A stretch of 64,000 bases of DNA from Candidatus Poribacteria bacterium. Its GTDB lineage: Bacteria > Poribacteria > WGA-4E > UBA9662. Position numbers and translations under genes: made by a program. The stretch's first letter is position 1, and each line of letters starts with the position of its first letter. Below are positions 49,515 through 59,833 of this stretch, one piece after another. The DNA is taken from NCBI GenBank assembly GCA_036339735.1, contig JAYZAL010000038.1:64001-128000 (forward strand). The letters run 5' to 3'. The notes under the pieces are model-generated. The model saw nothing but the letters and a program-made list of their open reading frames with translations, made no database searches and had not been told where the DNA came from.

Positions 49515-51365
49515 ATGAGCGTAGGGAGAATAAATGAACCGGTTAAGGGCTCAAATCGAGGTGAAATCTATTTTGACGATCCACCGATCAATAAGATTCA
49601 AAACGAGGATCTGGTTTATCATCAACTTTGTTTAGCAACGGACTTTGATGAAGTAGAAGGTAAACCATTCAGTATTGATGGTACTCACCTGGGTGTGTTC
49701 AAATATAAAGATAAATTCTACGCTGTCGATAACCGATGTCCTCATATGGGTTATCCAATGTCGAAAGGCAGTATCCGAGACGGTGTGCTAATTTGTCACT
49801 GGCATCATTGGGAATTTGATTTGAAGTCAGGTGGATGTTTCCAAACATTTGGCGATGATTTAAAAGCATTTCCAGTTGAGATTCGAAAAGATGGTTATCT
49901 CTATGTTGGTCTTTCTCGTGGTGAACGGGAAGCTACAAAACGTAGAATGATTGACCAAGGGAAACGAGCATTAGAAAGAGGCTTGAAAGACCGAAGCAAT
50001 TTTTTTATTGCCAAGGCAGTCACAGCTCTACGAAATGCAGGTGCCACTCCAAATGAAATTATTCAACAGGGCTTGTATTATGGAACTAATAAAAGTAGTG
50101 ATGGATGGTCATCAGGTGTAACCATCCTAGCTCTAGCTGCTAATATGTGGAACGACGTGGATAAAAAAGACCATAATCTGTTTTTGGTCCATGCCTTATC
50201 CCAAATCAGCCGCCGTACAACAGGTAGTTCTAGAACCTATCGATCTCCTTTCCCTCAGAATGGCCAAGAACACGATCTACCTACTCTTAAAAGGTGGTTC
50301 CGTTACTTTATCGATAAGCGTCATGACGGTGCGGCTGAACGAATTCTGTTAACTCTCAACGACCGAGGCCATTCCAAGTCTACGATTGCTGATTTCGTCT
50401 TTACTGCCGCCACTGACTACTACTTTACAGGTGATGGTCATGCTCTTGACTTCGCTAACAAAATGTTTGAATCTTTGGATTACGTGGAATGGGAAGGCGC
50501 GCACGAAATACTCCGCCCTATCATCATTGATTTAACTAGTCGGACTAGGCACGAAGAGACTTCCCGCTGGGCAGATGCATTGCCAGTGCTAGAACCTATT
50601 TTTGCCCGAATAGATGACATTTGGCAAGATAACCAAGATAATCAATCAGAATTAGATGTTACATCTTTTGCTCAAGTAATGCTGGGGGACGATTTTGTAC
50701 CAGTATTAGATCAAATTGAGAAGAAACTTAGGTCTGGTGTTACACCTACCGATATTTGTCGAGCGATGACCTATGCTTCTGCTATTCGAATAGCTCGTTT
50801 TCATCTGAAAAATGAAGGGGATTGGCATGATGTAGCAAACATTTATTCCTACGCTCATGGTCTCTACTGTGCTTTCCAATATACTTCGACCCCAGAGCTA
50901 CTACGTGGTATTTTTCACGGAGCTGTATTTCTAACATATCTTCGTTGGCTAAACATGCCATCAGCCCGGATTCCAAGAAATGGTCAGCATCTGACTGAAA
51001 TTTTCAATACCCCCAAACAGATGCTTGAACGCTTAAAGGAATTTGCTGATTTTCAAAAAGTTTTTGAGGCTGAAATCTTAGTGAATCAATATTTGGAAGA
51101 GGGCTATGACATTCAAGAATTGAAATTCACATTGGCACATATACTTCTTAGAGAAGATGCTGAACTTCACATGTTCCAAGTGTTAGAAGTAGCTTATCGA
51201 CACTATGAAATCACCAAAGACATTGAAGAGAAAAGGATGCATCTGCTCGCAGCTACTCGTTATATTACAGCCCAAAAATTGATGAAAAACATCCTGTGGT
51301 CAACGGAAAATGCAGAACGATTGGCACGCGGTGAACTGCTTAGCGAAAGAGATGACGAAGATTAA
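49515..51365 (+). CDS. Rieske [2Fe-2S] domain protein with a long helical C-terminal region
   Basis: DNRCPHMG ... CHWHHWEFD Rieske ligands, followed by ~480 aa of helical sequence. Confidence 0.85.
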   Translation: MSVGRINEPVKGSNRGEIYFDDPPINKIQNEDLVYHQLCLATDFDEVEGKPFSIDGTHLGVFKYKDKFYAVDNRCPHMGYPMSKGSIRDGVLICHWHHWEFDLKSGGCFQTFGDDLKAFPVEIRKDGYLYVGLSRGEREATKRRMIDQGKRALERGLKDRSNFFIAKAVTALRNAGATPNEIIQQGLYYGTNKSSDGWSSGVTILALAANMWNDVDKKDHNLFLVHALSQISRRTTGSSRTYRSPFPQNGQEHDLPTLKRWFRYFIDKRHDGAAERILLTLNDRGHSKSTIADFVFTAATDYYFTGDGHALDFANKMFESLDYVEWEGAHEILRPIIIDLTSRTRHEETSRWADALPVLEPIFARIDDIWQDNQDNQSELDVTSFAQVMLGDDFVPVLDQIEKKLRSGVTPTDICRAMTYASAIRIARFHLKNEGDWHDVANIYSYAHGLYCAFQYTSTPELLRGIFHGAVFLTYLRWLNMPSARIPRNGQHLTEIFNTPKQMLERLKEFADFQKVFEAEILVNQYLEEGYDIQELKFTLAHILLREDAELHMFQVLEVAYRHYEITKDIEEKRMHLLAATRYITAQKLMKNILWSTENAERLARGELLSERDDED

Positions 51366-52054
51366 GTCTCGGCCTGACTTTCTAAGTTATTATCGCTAAA
51401 GAGACGACCTAAAGGGGTTTGTTGTAAGACCATGTTGCTCGAAGCTACTAACCCCCCAGAAATCAGAAGTCGCATGGCTGTTTCAGCTTTTATATCAAGT
51501 TCGTAAACAACATCAGTGTTACAAAAGAGTAAAACACCAGTTGTGGGGTTTGGGCTAGTGGGAACAAACACAGTCAGCAGAGGCTGGGAATTACCTTCTT
51601 CTTGGATTTCTCCAGTTACAAACCCAATTACCCTAAACGGTGAATCTGGGGTCTTGACGGAAACAACCCGTTGAAACCGGCTTGAATCTTGTGGATTAAG
51701 CAAGACGTTAACAAATTCTTTGACCGGAGCGTAAACTTCCCTTACGATCGGGATTCGTGTTAAAACTTGCTCTGCTGTAGATATCAGACGCCGACCGATG
51801 ATGTTGGAGACAATCAAGCCCGTGAAATAAATTATTAGGAACGTTATGAGTAATCCTAGTATTGTTTGAACTGTCGGCCCAAACAAAAGCGGATAATCAC
51901 CGGCGGGAAAGAATTGAGACAGAAGGTTCGGCAGCCACCCGCCAATCTTTCTGAAGAGAAAACTAACAACAAAAAAGGTAACACCCAGAGGTACGAGTGT
52001 TAGAATGCCAGCAATTAGTGAGCTTCTGAGGTGGTCTTTAAATTTGTCTCCCAT
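51362..52054 (-). CDS. DUF502 family membrane protein
   Basis: AGILTLVPL, RIPIVREVY, VFVPTSPNPTTG, ISGG. Confidence 0.9.
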   Translation of the reverse strand: MGDKFKDHLRSSLIAGILTLVPLGVTFFVVSFLFRKIGGWLPNLLSQFFPAGDYPLLFGPTVQTILGLLITFLIIYFTGLIVSNIIGRRLISTAEQVLTRIPIVREVYAPVKEFVNVLLNPQDSSRFQRVVSVKTPDSPFRVIGFVTGEIQEEGNSQPLLTVFVPTSPNPTTGVLLFCNTDVVYELDIKAETAMRLLISGGLVASSNMVLQQTPLGRLFSDNNLESQAET

Positions 52055-52120
52055 CCCCTAAACTCACCCCTTTATGTTTTACAATGATGTCCGCCCCCAC
52101 CAATATCGTAATGATTATCA

Positions 52121-52185
52121 ATAATATCATCAAGCCAAGTCAGGCGTCAATGGCATTGACATTGACGCGAAAATTGTGGCAAAAT
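52121..52185. promoter_or_regulatory. Back-to-back divergent sigma70-like promoters overlapping a 9-bp inverted repeat
   Basis: + strand TTGACA (52156-61)-N18-CAAAAT; - strand TTGACG (52150-45)-N18-TATTAT; inverted repeat GCGTCAATG-N7-CATTGACGC. Confidence 0.45.
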
Positions 52186-52262
52186 CGTCATTGGTATTAG
52201 AATTCTTTCTTGCTTATATTCCATTTAAAAATCTATAACAGACAAACCCCACGTCGTACCAC

Positions 52263-52823
52263 ATGAAAATTTACACAAAAACTGGTGATCAGGGAACAAC
52301 AGCCCTTTTTGGTGGCCAGCGCATTAGAAAAGATGCTGATCTAATTCAACTCGTTGGTGAAGTAGATGAGCTGAACGCATGCTTGGGCCTATCAGCTTCA
52401 ACGACTGAAGATCAATTAATCGGCCAAATTTTGCAACGCCTCCAACACGAGCTCTTTAATCTAGGTGCTGAAATAGCTACGCCTTCAGCCCAACTACACA
52501 AGCTAGATAGTTTGATCAATTCAAAACAGGTTGATCTCATAGAATCTGACATAGACGAACTAGAATCTCATCTATCGCCCATCCGCCAATTTATTTTACC
52601 TGGAGGTGGGCTAACAGCTTCTACTCTTCATCTAGCTCGTACAGTTTGCCGGCGTTGTGAGCGTAAGGCTGTTTCTTTGAATGGGGAGCAACCAGTTTCA
52701 CCACTCATCCTTCAATACCTCAATCGTCTGTCAGATCTCCTTTTTATTTTAGCTCGTCGTGCTAATGCAGTCTCTGGTCAGCCAGATATCTATTGGCAAC
52801 AAAGCCTCTCCACAAAACTCTAG
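52263..52823 (+). CDS. pduO: ATP:cob(I)alamin adenosyltransferase, PduO type
   Basis: MKIYTKTGDQGTT, GEVDELN, FILPGG, ARTVCRRCER, YLNRLSD. Confidence 0.95.
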   Translation: MKIYTKTGDQGTTALFGGQRIRKDADLIQLVGEVDELNACLGLSASTTEDQLIGQILQRLQHELFNLGAEIATPSAQLHKLDSLINSKQVDLIESDIDELESHLSPIRQFILPGGGLTASTLHLARTVCRRCERKAVSLNGEQPVSPLILQYLNRLSDLLFILARRANAVSGQPDIYWQQSLSTKL

Positions 52824-52851
52824 AAAATATTTGCGTGTAGAACAAGTTTAT

Positions 52852-53610
52852 ATGAGGCTGGAAAATAAAGTTGCGATCATTACAGGAGCTGCAAGAGGAA
52901 TTGGTCGAGCTACAGCAAAACGGTTTTCAGAAGAAGGTGCCTTTGTAGTAATAGACGATGTGGATGTAGAGAATGGCAGCCAGTTGGCTAGTGAAATTGT
53001 AGAAACAGGTGGAAAATCTCTTTTTATTGCCGCTGATATCTCAAAATATTGTAACACTATTCGGCTAGTAAGCCAAACGCTAGACCACTTCGGTAGAATC
53101 GACATCTTGGTTAACAATGCTCTGTGTAGTACTGAGAATATACTGGAAAATAATTGGGATCCCATCATCAAAGTAGCCTTGAAGGGTACAGATAATTGTA
53201 CTCAAGCTGTGATTCCGGCTATGTGTAAGAACGGTGGTGGAAGTATTATTAATATAGCTTCAGTAAATGCTCTAATCGGGCTACAAAATATACACGCATA
53301 TTCGGCAGTAAAAGGAGCCGTTGTATCTTACACTCGATCTACGGCAGTTAGCTATGGTATAGATAATATCCGCATTAACTGCATTTGCCCTGGAACGGTT
53401 GAGACAGAGGTTTGGGCACCAATGATTGAAAAAAATCCTAATATTTTTGATGACTTATTACCTTTCTACCCACTTGGGCGAATCGGTCAGCCTAGTGACA
53501 TTGCAAATGCGGCTCTGTTTTTAGCTTCAGATGAATCTAGTTTTGTGACTGGTTCAGTTCTTGTGATTGATGGTGGATTGACCGCAGGTTTGCCACAATT
53601 TCCGATTTAA
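52852..53610 (+). CDS. SDR family oxidoreductase
   Basis: TGAARGIG, DILVNNA, YSAVK, INCICPG, DGG. ATG at 52852. Confidence 0.92.
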   Translation: MRLENKVAIITGAARGIGRATAKRFSEEGAFVVIDDVDVENGSQLASEIVETGGKSLFIAADISKYCNTIRLVSQTLDHFGRIDILVNNALCSTENILENNWDPIIKVALKGTDNCTQAVIPAMCKNGGGSIINIASVNALIGLQNIHAYSAVKGAVVSYTRSTAVSYGIDNIRINCICPGTVETEVWAPMIEKNPNIFDDLLPFYPLGRIGQPSDIANAALFLASDESSFVTGSVLVIDGGLTAGLPQFPI

Positions 53611-53620
53611 TAACCAATTT

Positions 53621-56600
53621 GTGAAAACGAAAACTTCAGAATCTTATATTTCTCTAATATTATTATTTTTTAACTATTGGCTGGCCATTAGCTGGGCTAA
53701 CCCTGTTGTTACGCCATCAGTTAATGGTTTAACTATTAGTTTTGAGCTAAATAATCTGCAAGTCCAATCTGCTTCTGTCTCGAGCAAAACAGAACAAGAT
53801 TTAAGTCGGTACAAACAAATTACATATGGGCAACCACCAGCCAATGGCCGATTAAGCGTGGCTGGTAACCCCCAACTACCGGTGTCGAGATTCATTATTG
53901 GAGTACCTATTTCTAGCAATCCAACGATCGATGTAACCCAAGTTACTACAAAAAAACAATATGGAATTCAGGTCCTGCCCACGCCACATCGGGAAATTGT
54001 CCCCAATCAATCAAAGGATTCACTGAAAAGCGAAAAAATTCTGAGCCATTACAGGGAAGATGGATTCGCTTACCAAAGTAACGCTAATTATCCTCGAAAA
54101 CTTGCCGAAATTGTTTACGATGGTTACATTCGCTCCCAACGGGTTATCTACCTTGAGTTACACCCGATTCAGTATCACCCATCTTCACAAACTCTACTTA
54201 CTCATTCTCGTTTGGTGGTTCAGCTTCGTTTTGACCACAGTTTATCAGACCCATCGTCAATACGGTTTGAGAGTACGCCATCTACAATTTTTGGCCAAGA
54301 ACAGTTCGGAACTTTTTCGAGCGTTCTAGAACCAAATGTTTTTGAACGACTATTCGAACATAATTTGATCAATGCAGAGCAAGCCCGACAGTGGCGTCGA
54401 CAAGAAAAACAGCCTGACATAGAGTCTGAGCCGGAATTAGTCCAGACAAAAAAAAAGAGATACAAAATTTGTGTTAGTCAAACAGGTATATACCAACTGA
54501 GGGAAGTAGATCTACGTACCCGTTGGCAAATTGACCTGAGGCAAATTGACCCGCGCTTATTTCAGTTGCATCATAAGGGAAAAAATGGTTTAGAACAAGT
54601 ACCGATCTATGTGAAAGGAGAACAAGATGGTCGTTTTTCTTCAGATGAATATATTACTTTTTTAGGTAAGAAAACTAAAAACAGATATACTCGTTGGAAC
54701 GTCTATTGGTTGAGTATTGGCAAGTCAGCTGGACTACGTGTGGCTGAGATTGACGCAAGCCCAACAGACCCAGGGGCTACCCAAATACCTGCATTTCGAG
54801 CCAAAAAGTATTTCGAAGAAGACCATCTACATAGTAACCTGCAGCATCTTACCCCAGACTCGGTTGTACCAAGACGATCAGAACAAAATTATTCTAACTC
54901 ACGTTTGTTGTTAAACCAGTCTTATGGCTCGGTAGTCGATACTAGTCAGAAGAATCGGTGGTTCGAATCCGTTGAAAGCTGGTTTTGGACTGGGGTCAGG
55001 AATTCTGGAGATTTTAACCAGATCGACTTAAACTTCCCTCTATTTGACCTAGCTAAAAGTTTTGATCAGCCACAAATTGAGGTCGAGTTACAGGGGGGAA
55101 CACCAACAGATCACCAAGCCCTCGTTTCAGTGAATGATATTCGGATTGATTTTGCTAGCTGGAAAAATCAAGACTCGTTTCGTGTTAGCCGGTCTTTACG
55201 TTTATGGAATAACTTAAAGGATGCAGGCAAAGGCGAGATGAATGCTATTACGCTTGCGCGTGTTGATACTACCACTGAGGACAATACAACTCGGTATCCT
55301 TATCACATATATATTAACTCTTTTTCAGTCGAGTTCACCCGATTATTCAAAGCCGTAAATGAATTCATTGATTTTTCCACCCCTTCCTCGGATAAATCGT
55401 ACGAAGTTCGTAGTCGTCGTAAGGTCGAATATCAATTGGAATCCTTCTTGTCACCTAGAATTGAAATTTTTGAGCATGATGGTAGTCGGCTAGTTGCCAA
55501 ACTTAGCAATGTATATGTGAAGGAAGATCAAATGAATGTCGCTGATCAGAATCGGTTGAGACAAATAGAGGCTGTTACTGAATATGGATTAATCGATCAG
55601 CAAATACCAGAAATTGATTATACCGCCACCTTCCAAGTTTCTGATGCTCATGATGGTAATTACATGGCTGTTTCCAGTCGCGGAATTAAACATCCTGATC
55701 GTATCGAGATTGTTGCACCAAGTGATTTACTCGATGTAACCAATGGGGCAGATTACATTGTCATAGCTCACCCAACTTACATGTCTGAAGCTAAACGATT
55801 GGCAAATTGGCGACAAACAAATAGGGGTGGAAACTATAGAGTGAAGGTCGCAGATTTAACGGAAATTTATGACACATTTGGTCAGGGGTTCGTTAGCCCG
55901 AAAGCAATCAAATCTTTTCTGAAATACGCCTATCAGAGCTGGCAACCACCAAGTGTATCGTACGTCGTTCTAATGGGTGACGGTACTTGGGATTTCCGAG
56001 GTTTTGACACTGAAACTCACGTTGAACCACCTGAGACTGTCGGTTACATTCCGACCCACTATATTTGGACTAGTCAATTCGGTCAAACATCGACTGATCA
56101 CTGGTATACGACGGTCAGTGGTATTGATGAACTTCCTGATTTTTACTTAGGGCGCCTATCGGTTGAGTCGATTGATCAAGCTCAAGATATTGTAGACAAA
56201 ATTATCGGTTATGAGTCTAACAGACCCAATGGAAAGTGGAGAAAGCAAATTGTTTCTGTAGCTGATGATGAAGTCAGTAATTCTGGAGACTTTATCTTTC
56301 GCCAAAGCCTAAACGAAATAGCCTCTGGGCATACGCTCCTCGGCTACGAAACTACCAAAATATTTCTGGAGGATGTAATCAAGGAAGTTAAATCTGATCC
56401 AGCAAAATACAACAATGAGCTACCAAGACGAGTAGCGAAAGACCGAGTGATTGAGGCTTTAGGACAGGGAAGTGTTATCGCCCAGTATGCTGGCCACGGT
56501 GGCCGTGTCGTTTGGGCACACGAGGCCATTTTTGATAACACGTCAATTGATCAATTAGCCGAAACTAAGCATCAACCTTTTATGCTGGTACTCAGCTGTT

Positions 56601-59600
56601 ATAATGGTTATTTCGACAAGCCCGGTGAGCCTAGTATGGCGGAGAAACTTTTACGACACAGAAATGGTGGCATCATTTCTATGCTTAGTGCTACTCGGCT
56701 CACTTATGGTAGTGGAAATGATGCCCTGAACCGAATTATTTTTGACTCCATATTCAAACGAAATGTTCGAAATTTTGGCTCCTTGAGTTATGATTCGAAA
56801 GTTGAGCTTTTAGCTACGGAAGGTACAGGACAAATCGACGTGATGCTAGCTTATACACTTTTTGGGGATCCAGCAATGCAACTGGCAATAGCAGACTATG
56901 AAACCCAACCACGGCTGGCTAATCGTACCACTGCGCCAGGTGAAATATTGAAAGTTGAAGGTGGACAAATTTTCAGAATTGATTATGATGCAAAAAAAAG
57001 ACAGAAAAACTATTACCCACTTAAAGATTTTAATGGTCGGTTAGAAGCTCGAGCTGTTTTCCCTGGGACTTACAGAACAGCTCAGACAGAAGATGGTGTC
57101 ATTGAGGTCTATAACGGCGATATTGTTTCAAAAGCTTCTACGTCCGTGACTGACGGCCGTTACGATTCTTTTCAAATTACTGTACCAACAGATGTTCGAG
57201 AAGGTACGGCTCACCTGGAAGTTTACGCGGAGTCTCTTCAGCATATTGCAGTTGGTGGTATTTCGTTTAGCGTCAAAGTGCCTCGCATTGTGGAAATTAA
57301 ACCCAAACTCGTTTCCGAGACAACGTTTCAAATTTCTGCGTTAATCGCAGACGAACTGACCAGAGGAAAAAAGACAGGTGTGGAGACAGTTACATTGGAA
57401 TGGAGACATCCAACAACTAGAGACTGGTCTAGTACCAAAATGATTGCAGATGATAGCCAAGGAATAGGTTGGTATAAGACTGAAATTCCTTTACCCTTAG
57501 CTAAGAATACGGAACCTATTCGTTACCAAATTGTTGCTACTGATATCGATGGATTGCAAACTACTTCGGATTTACAACAGTATCGTCCTTATACTTTACC
57601 TGATTTATCCCCAATTGATGTGAGCTTTGACGTTGGCGCACTGATTTATCAAGTTTATTCTGCTAAAGGTGGGTGGGAATTACGAGCAGACATTCAACAA
57701 TCAGAAGATTTCCAAATTCAACAAGATATTAAAGTTGTATTTTTTAGCGGAAATCCGGATAGAGATGATGACGGTATGATTGACCAGTCAGCAAAAAAAA
57801 TTGGGCAAACAGTAATCCCACCAGTTGCTTGGAAAACACGAAAGGAACACACCATAGAAATGGGAGACAGTGTTAACTCTCCATTAGCTATAACCAAGGA
57901 CCCACTCAATTTGAACCAAATAGCAACCGGCAGTATCCGTTATCAATTACCAATCGGTGAACAAGTTATCTTTGTTTGGGTCAATCCACCAAACGATGAA
58001 CAGCAAAGTGAAGTTAGTTATAGTAATAATATTGCAGCCAAAAATCTGGAACATAAAGATTTGCAAGTGGGACAAAAAGATATGAATTTCTCACCTCCAG
58101 GTTACGCATTTAGTTTGAGATTGCCGAGGGCGAGTTTTGGCCATACTTCTATCCTTCGGTTAGATTCTCTACCTACCCCCCCACCTATGCAACCCAGCCT
58201 GAAATCAATTCCTCTTGGTGGTGATAATGATTCGGTATTAGCTTATAATTTTCTTCTAGAGAAGCCTGAAACCGGTGGTTCTTCAGCGAATCTAATTTCT
58301 CCGGTGACAATTGAACTTTACTTTGACTGGACCGCTTTGAAAGCCGAACAAGAAAAAATGATTGGTCTGGAAGAAGGAGAAATCCCAGACCAGAGTCAGT
58401 TAGAAATCATAACGGCTGGCGCCAAACAAGTTGCTGATCAGTTACGTGTCTATCGGTGGTTGAGTGATATGGGGAAGTGGTTACAACTGGCCGAATCTCC
58501 GGGTCAGTCAACCGAGGTCATTCAGCTTGAGACATTGGCAACCAACGTTCGATCAGAAAATAAGGGTGATGGCCATATCAAAACAGTCCGCCTTGATGCA
58601 AATGCCAGTGTACGTGAAGGTAAATGGGTCCTGTTTTTTACTGGTAGCGATACTTACCGACTTTATTTGGGCCAAAAAGAAGACGATGAGAAATTCGATT
58701 CACTAGAATTAATCGACAACAGTTTAATAATTCCTTCTGATTTGACTGAAAATACGGTATATCGTTATGGTATGGACACGAAAATTATCAAAGGAAATAT
58801 ACCATTCCAATTTGGTGACATCCTCAATTTTGAAGTGTTAAAGTATAAGTTGACTGGACAAAATGAGATGCGCCACTATGCTTCTGCCATTCGTCGCAGT
58901 AATAACGGAAATGGTGTTTTGCGACTGTTGGCTGGCAAAAAACAGATACCACCTGATAGTTGGATCGTACTTTTCTTAACCGAACAGACTTTTCAAGTGG
59001 AAGGAAAATCAAGCGGATTACTAGCCACAAGAGGTCAGCTCGACGAAGTATACCAAGATTCAAATACAGGACTAAGTTTCGAGATTACTAGCGGTCTCGA
59101 TATCTTTGATACCGGTGATAGCTTTTCATTTCAAACGAGAGAAATTGGCCGTGTTCAAGCCGAAACCAGTGCTCTAGGCACATTTGCTCTGATGCACAGC
59201 TCTGACCGCACTAATCCCGACATTCAATTGACGGTCGGCAGACAAAATTTTGTTAGCGGTGATCCGGTATCTGACACACCATTGATACAGGCGACTATTA
59301 GCGACGATAACGGTATTAATCCCGAGTCGATCAAATTAGAAATTGGACAAAACAATCGTAATTTTCGCCAACTGACTGATGTAGAGATAAGCCAACAATA
59401 TGGGGCTAACCAAGTTTTGGTTAACTATCAGTCAGAAGAACTGAAGCAAGGTGTGTATCAAATTCGGCTATTTGCCAAGGATCTCGATGGTAACAGGTCA
59501 GAAACAAAGATTGAGTTTCAAGTTAATAAAGGTCTACAGTTACTAAAAGTGCTGAATTATCCTAACCCGTTTAATTCAGAGACGGATATCACATACGAGC

Positions 59601-59827
59601 TACCTAGTTCTGCAGATGAAGTCATCGTTAGTATCTACACAATTTCTGGACGGTTAATTTGGCGCAGAGAGGTCAGTGGAGTGGTTGGTTTTGATTGGGT
59701 TCACTGGGACGGTCGAGATAGCGATGGTCGAATGGTTGCTAACGGTGTCTACTATTGCAAGGTAATAGCTCGAAGTGCAGGTGAAGAAGAACGTAGTGAA
59801 ATTATCAAGTTGATGAAGTTGAGGTAG
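53621..59827 (+). CDS. Peptidase C25 (gingipain/PorU-like) with propeptide and C-terminal T9SS-CTD/FlgD-Ig-like domain
   Basis: Signal peptide; ADYIVIAH, EIYDTF, LMGD, GRL, YAGHG (His), SCYNGYFD (Cys), LFGDPA; C-terminal NYPNPFN...IYTISGRL...WDGRD..G..VANGVY..K. Confidence 0.85.
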   Translation: MKTKTSESYISLILLFFNYWLAISWANPVVTPSVNGLTISFELNNLQVQSASVSSKTEQDLSRYKQITYGQPPANGRLSVAGNPQLPVSRFIIGVPISSNPTIDVTQVTTKKQYGIQVLPTPHREIVPNQSKDSLKSEKILSHYREDGFAYQSNANYPRKLAEIVYDGYIRSQRVIYLELHPIQYHPSSQTLLTHSRLVVQLRFDHSLSDPSSIRFESTPSTIFGQEQFGTFSSVLEPNVFERLFEHNLINAEQARQWRRQEKQPDIESEPELVQTKKKRYKICVSQTGIYQLREVDLRTRWQIDLRQIDPRLFQLHHKGKNGLEQVPIYVKGEQDGRFSSDEYITFLGKKTKNRYTRWNVYWLSIGKSAGLRVAEIDASPTDPGATQIPAFRAKKYFEEDHLHSNLQHLTPDSVVPRRSEQNYSNSRLLLNQSYGSVVDTSQKNRWFESVESWFWTGVRNSGDFNQIDLNFPLFDLAKSFDQPQIEVELQGGTPTDHQALVSVNDIRIDFASWKNQDSFRVSRSLRLWNNLKDAGKGEMNAITLARVDTTTEDNTTRYPYHIYINSFSVEFTRLFKAVNEFIDFSTPSSDKSYEVRSRRKVEYQLESFLSPRIEIFEHDGSRLVAKLSNVYVKEDQMNVADQNRLRQIEAVTEYGLIDQQIPEIDYTATFQVSDAHDGNYMAVSSRGIKHPDRIEIVAPSDLLDVTNGADYIVIAHPTYMSEAKRLANWRQTNRGGNYRVKVADLTEIYDTFGQGFVSPKAIKSFLKYAYQSWQPPSVSYVVLMGDGTWDFRGFDTETHVEPPETVGYIPTHYIWTSQFGQTSTDHWYTTVSGIDELPDFYLGRLSVESIDQAQDIVDKIIGYESNRPNGKWRKQIVSVADDEVSNSGDFIFRQSLNEIASGHTLLGYETTKIFLEDVIKEVKSDPAKYNNELPRRVAKDRVIEALGQGSVIAQYAGHGGRVVWAHEAIFDNTSIDQLAETKHQPFMLVLSCYNGYFDKPGEPSMAEKLLRHRNGGIISMLSATRLTYGSGNDALNRIIFDSIFKRNVRNFGSLSYDSKVELLATEGTGQIDVMLAYTLFGDPAMQLAIADYETQPRLANRTTAPGEILKVEGGQIFRIDYDAKKRQKNYYPLKDFNGRLEARAVFPGTYRTAQTEDGVIEVYNGDIVSKASTSVTDGRYDSFQITVPTDVREGTAHLEVYAESLQHIAVGGISFSVKVPRIVEIKPKLVSETTFQISALIADELTRGKKTGVETVTLEWRHPTTRDWSSTKMIADDSQGIGWYKTEIPLPLAKNTEPIRYQIVATDIDGLQTTSDLQQYRPYTLPDLSPIDVSFDVGALIYQVYSAKGGWELRADIQQSEDFQIQQDIKVVFFSGNPDRDDDGMIDQSAKKIGQTVIPPVAWKTRKEHTIEMGDSVNSPLAITKDPLNLNQIATGSIRYQLPIGEQVIFVWVNPPNDEQQSEVSYSNNIAAKNLEHKDLQVGQKDMNFSPPGYAFSLRLPRASFGHTSILRLDSLPTPPPMQPSLKSIPLGGDNDSVLAYNFLLEKPETGGSSANLISPVTIELYFDWTALKAEQEKMIGLEEGEIPDQSQLEIITAGAKQVADQLRVYRWLSDMGKWLQLAESPGQSTEVIQLETLATNVRSENKGDGHIKTVRLDANASVREGKWVLFFTGSDTYRLYLGQKEDDEKFDSLELIDNSLIIPSDLTENTVYRYGMDTKIIKGNIPFQFGDILNFEVLKYKLTGQNEMRHYASAIRRSNNGNGVLRLLAGKKQIPPDSWIVLFLTEQTFQVEGKSSGLLATRGQLDEVYQDSNTGLSFEITSGLDIFDTGDSFSFQTREIGRVQAETSALGTFALMHSSDRTNPDIQLTVGRQNFVSGDPVSDTPLIQATISDDNGINPESIKLEIGQNNRNFRQLTDVEISQQYGANQVLVNYQSEELKQGVYQIRLFAKDLDGNRSETKIEFQVNKGLQLLKVLNYPNPFNSETDITYELPSSADEVIVSIYTISGRLIWRREVSGVVGFDWVHWDGRDSDGRMVANGVYYCKVIARSAGEEERSEIIKLMKLR

Positions 59828-59833
59828 TCTCTA

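Noticed and set aside
52055-52262. Cobalamin riboswitch upstream of pduO
   Set aside because: No B12-box or GGGAA/GCCACTG core elements; the region is explained by divergent promoters.
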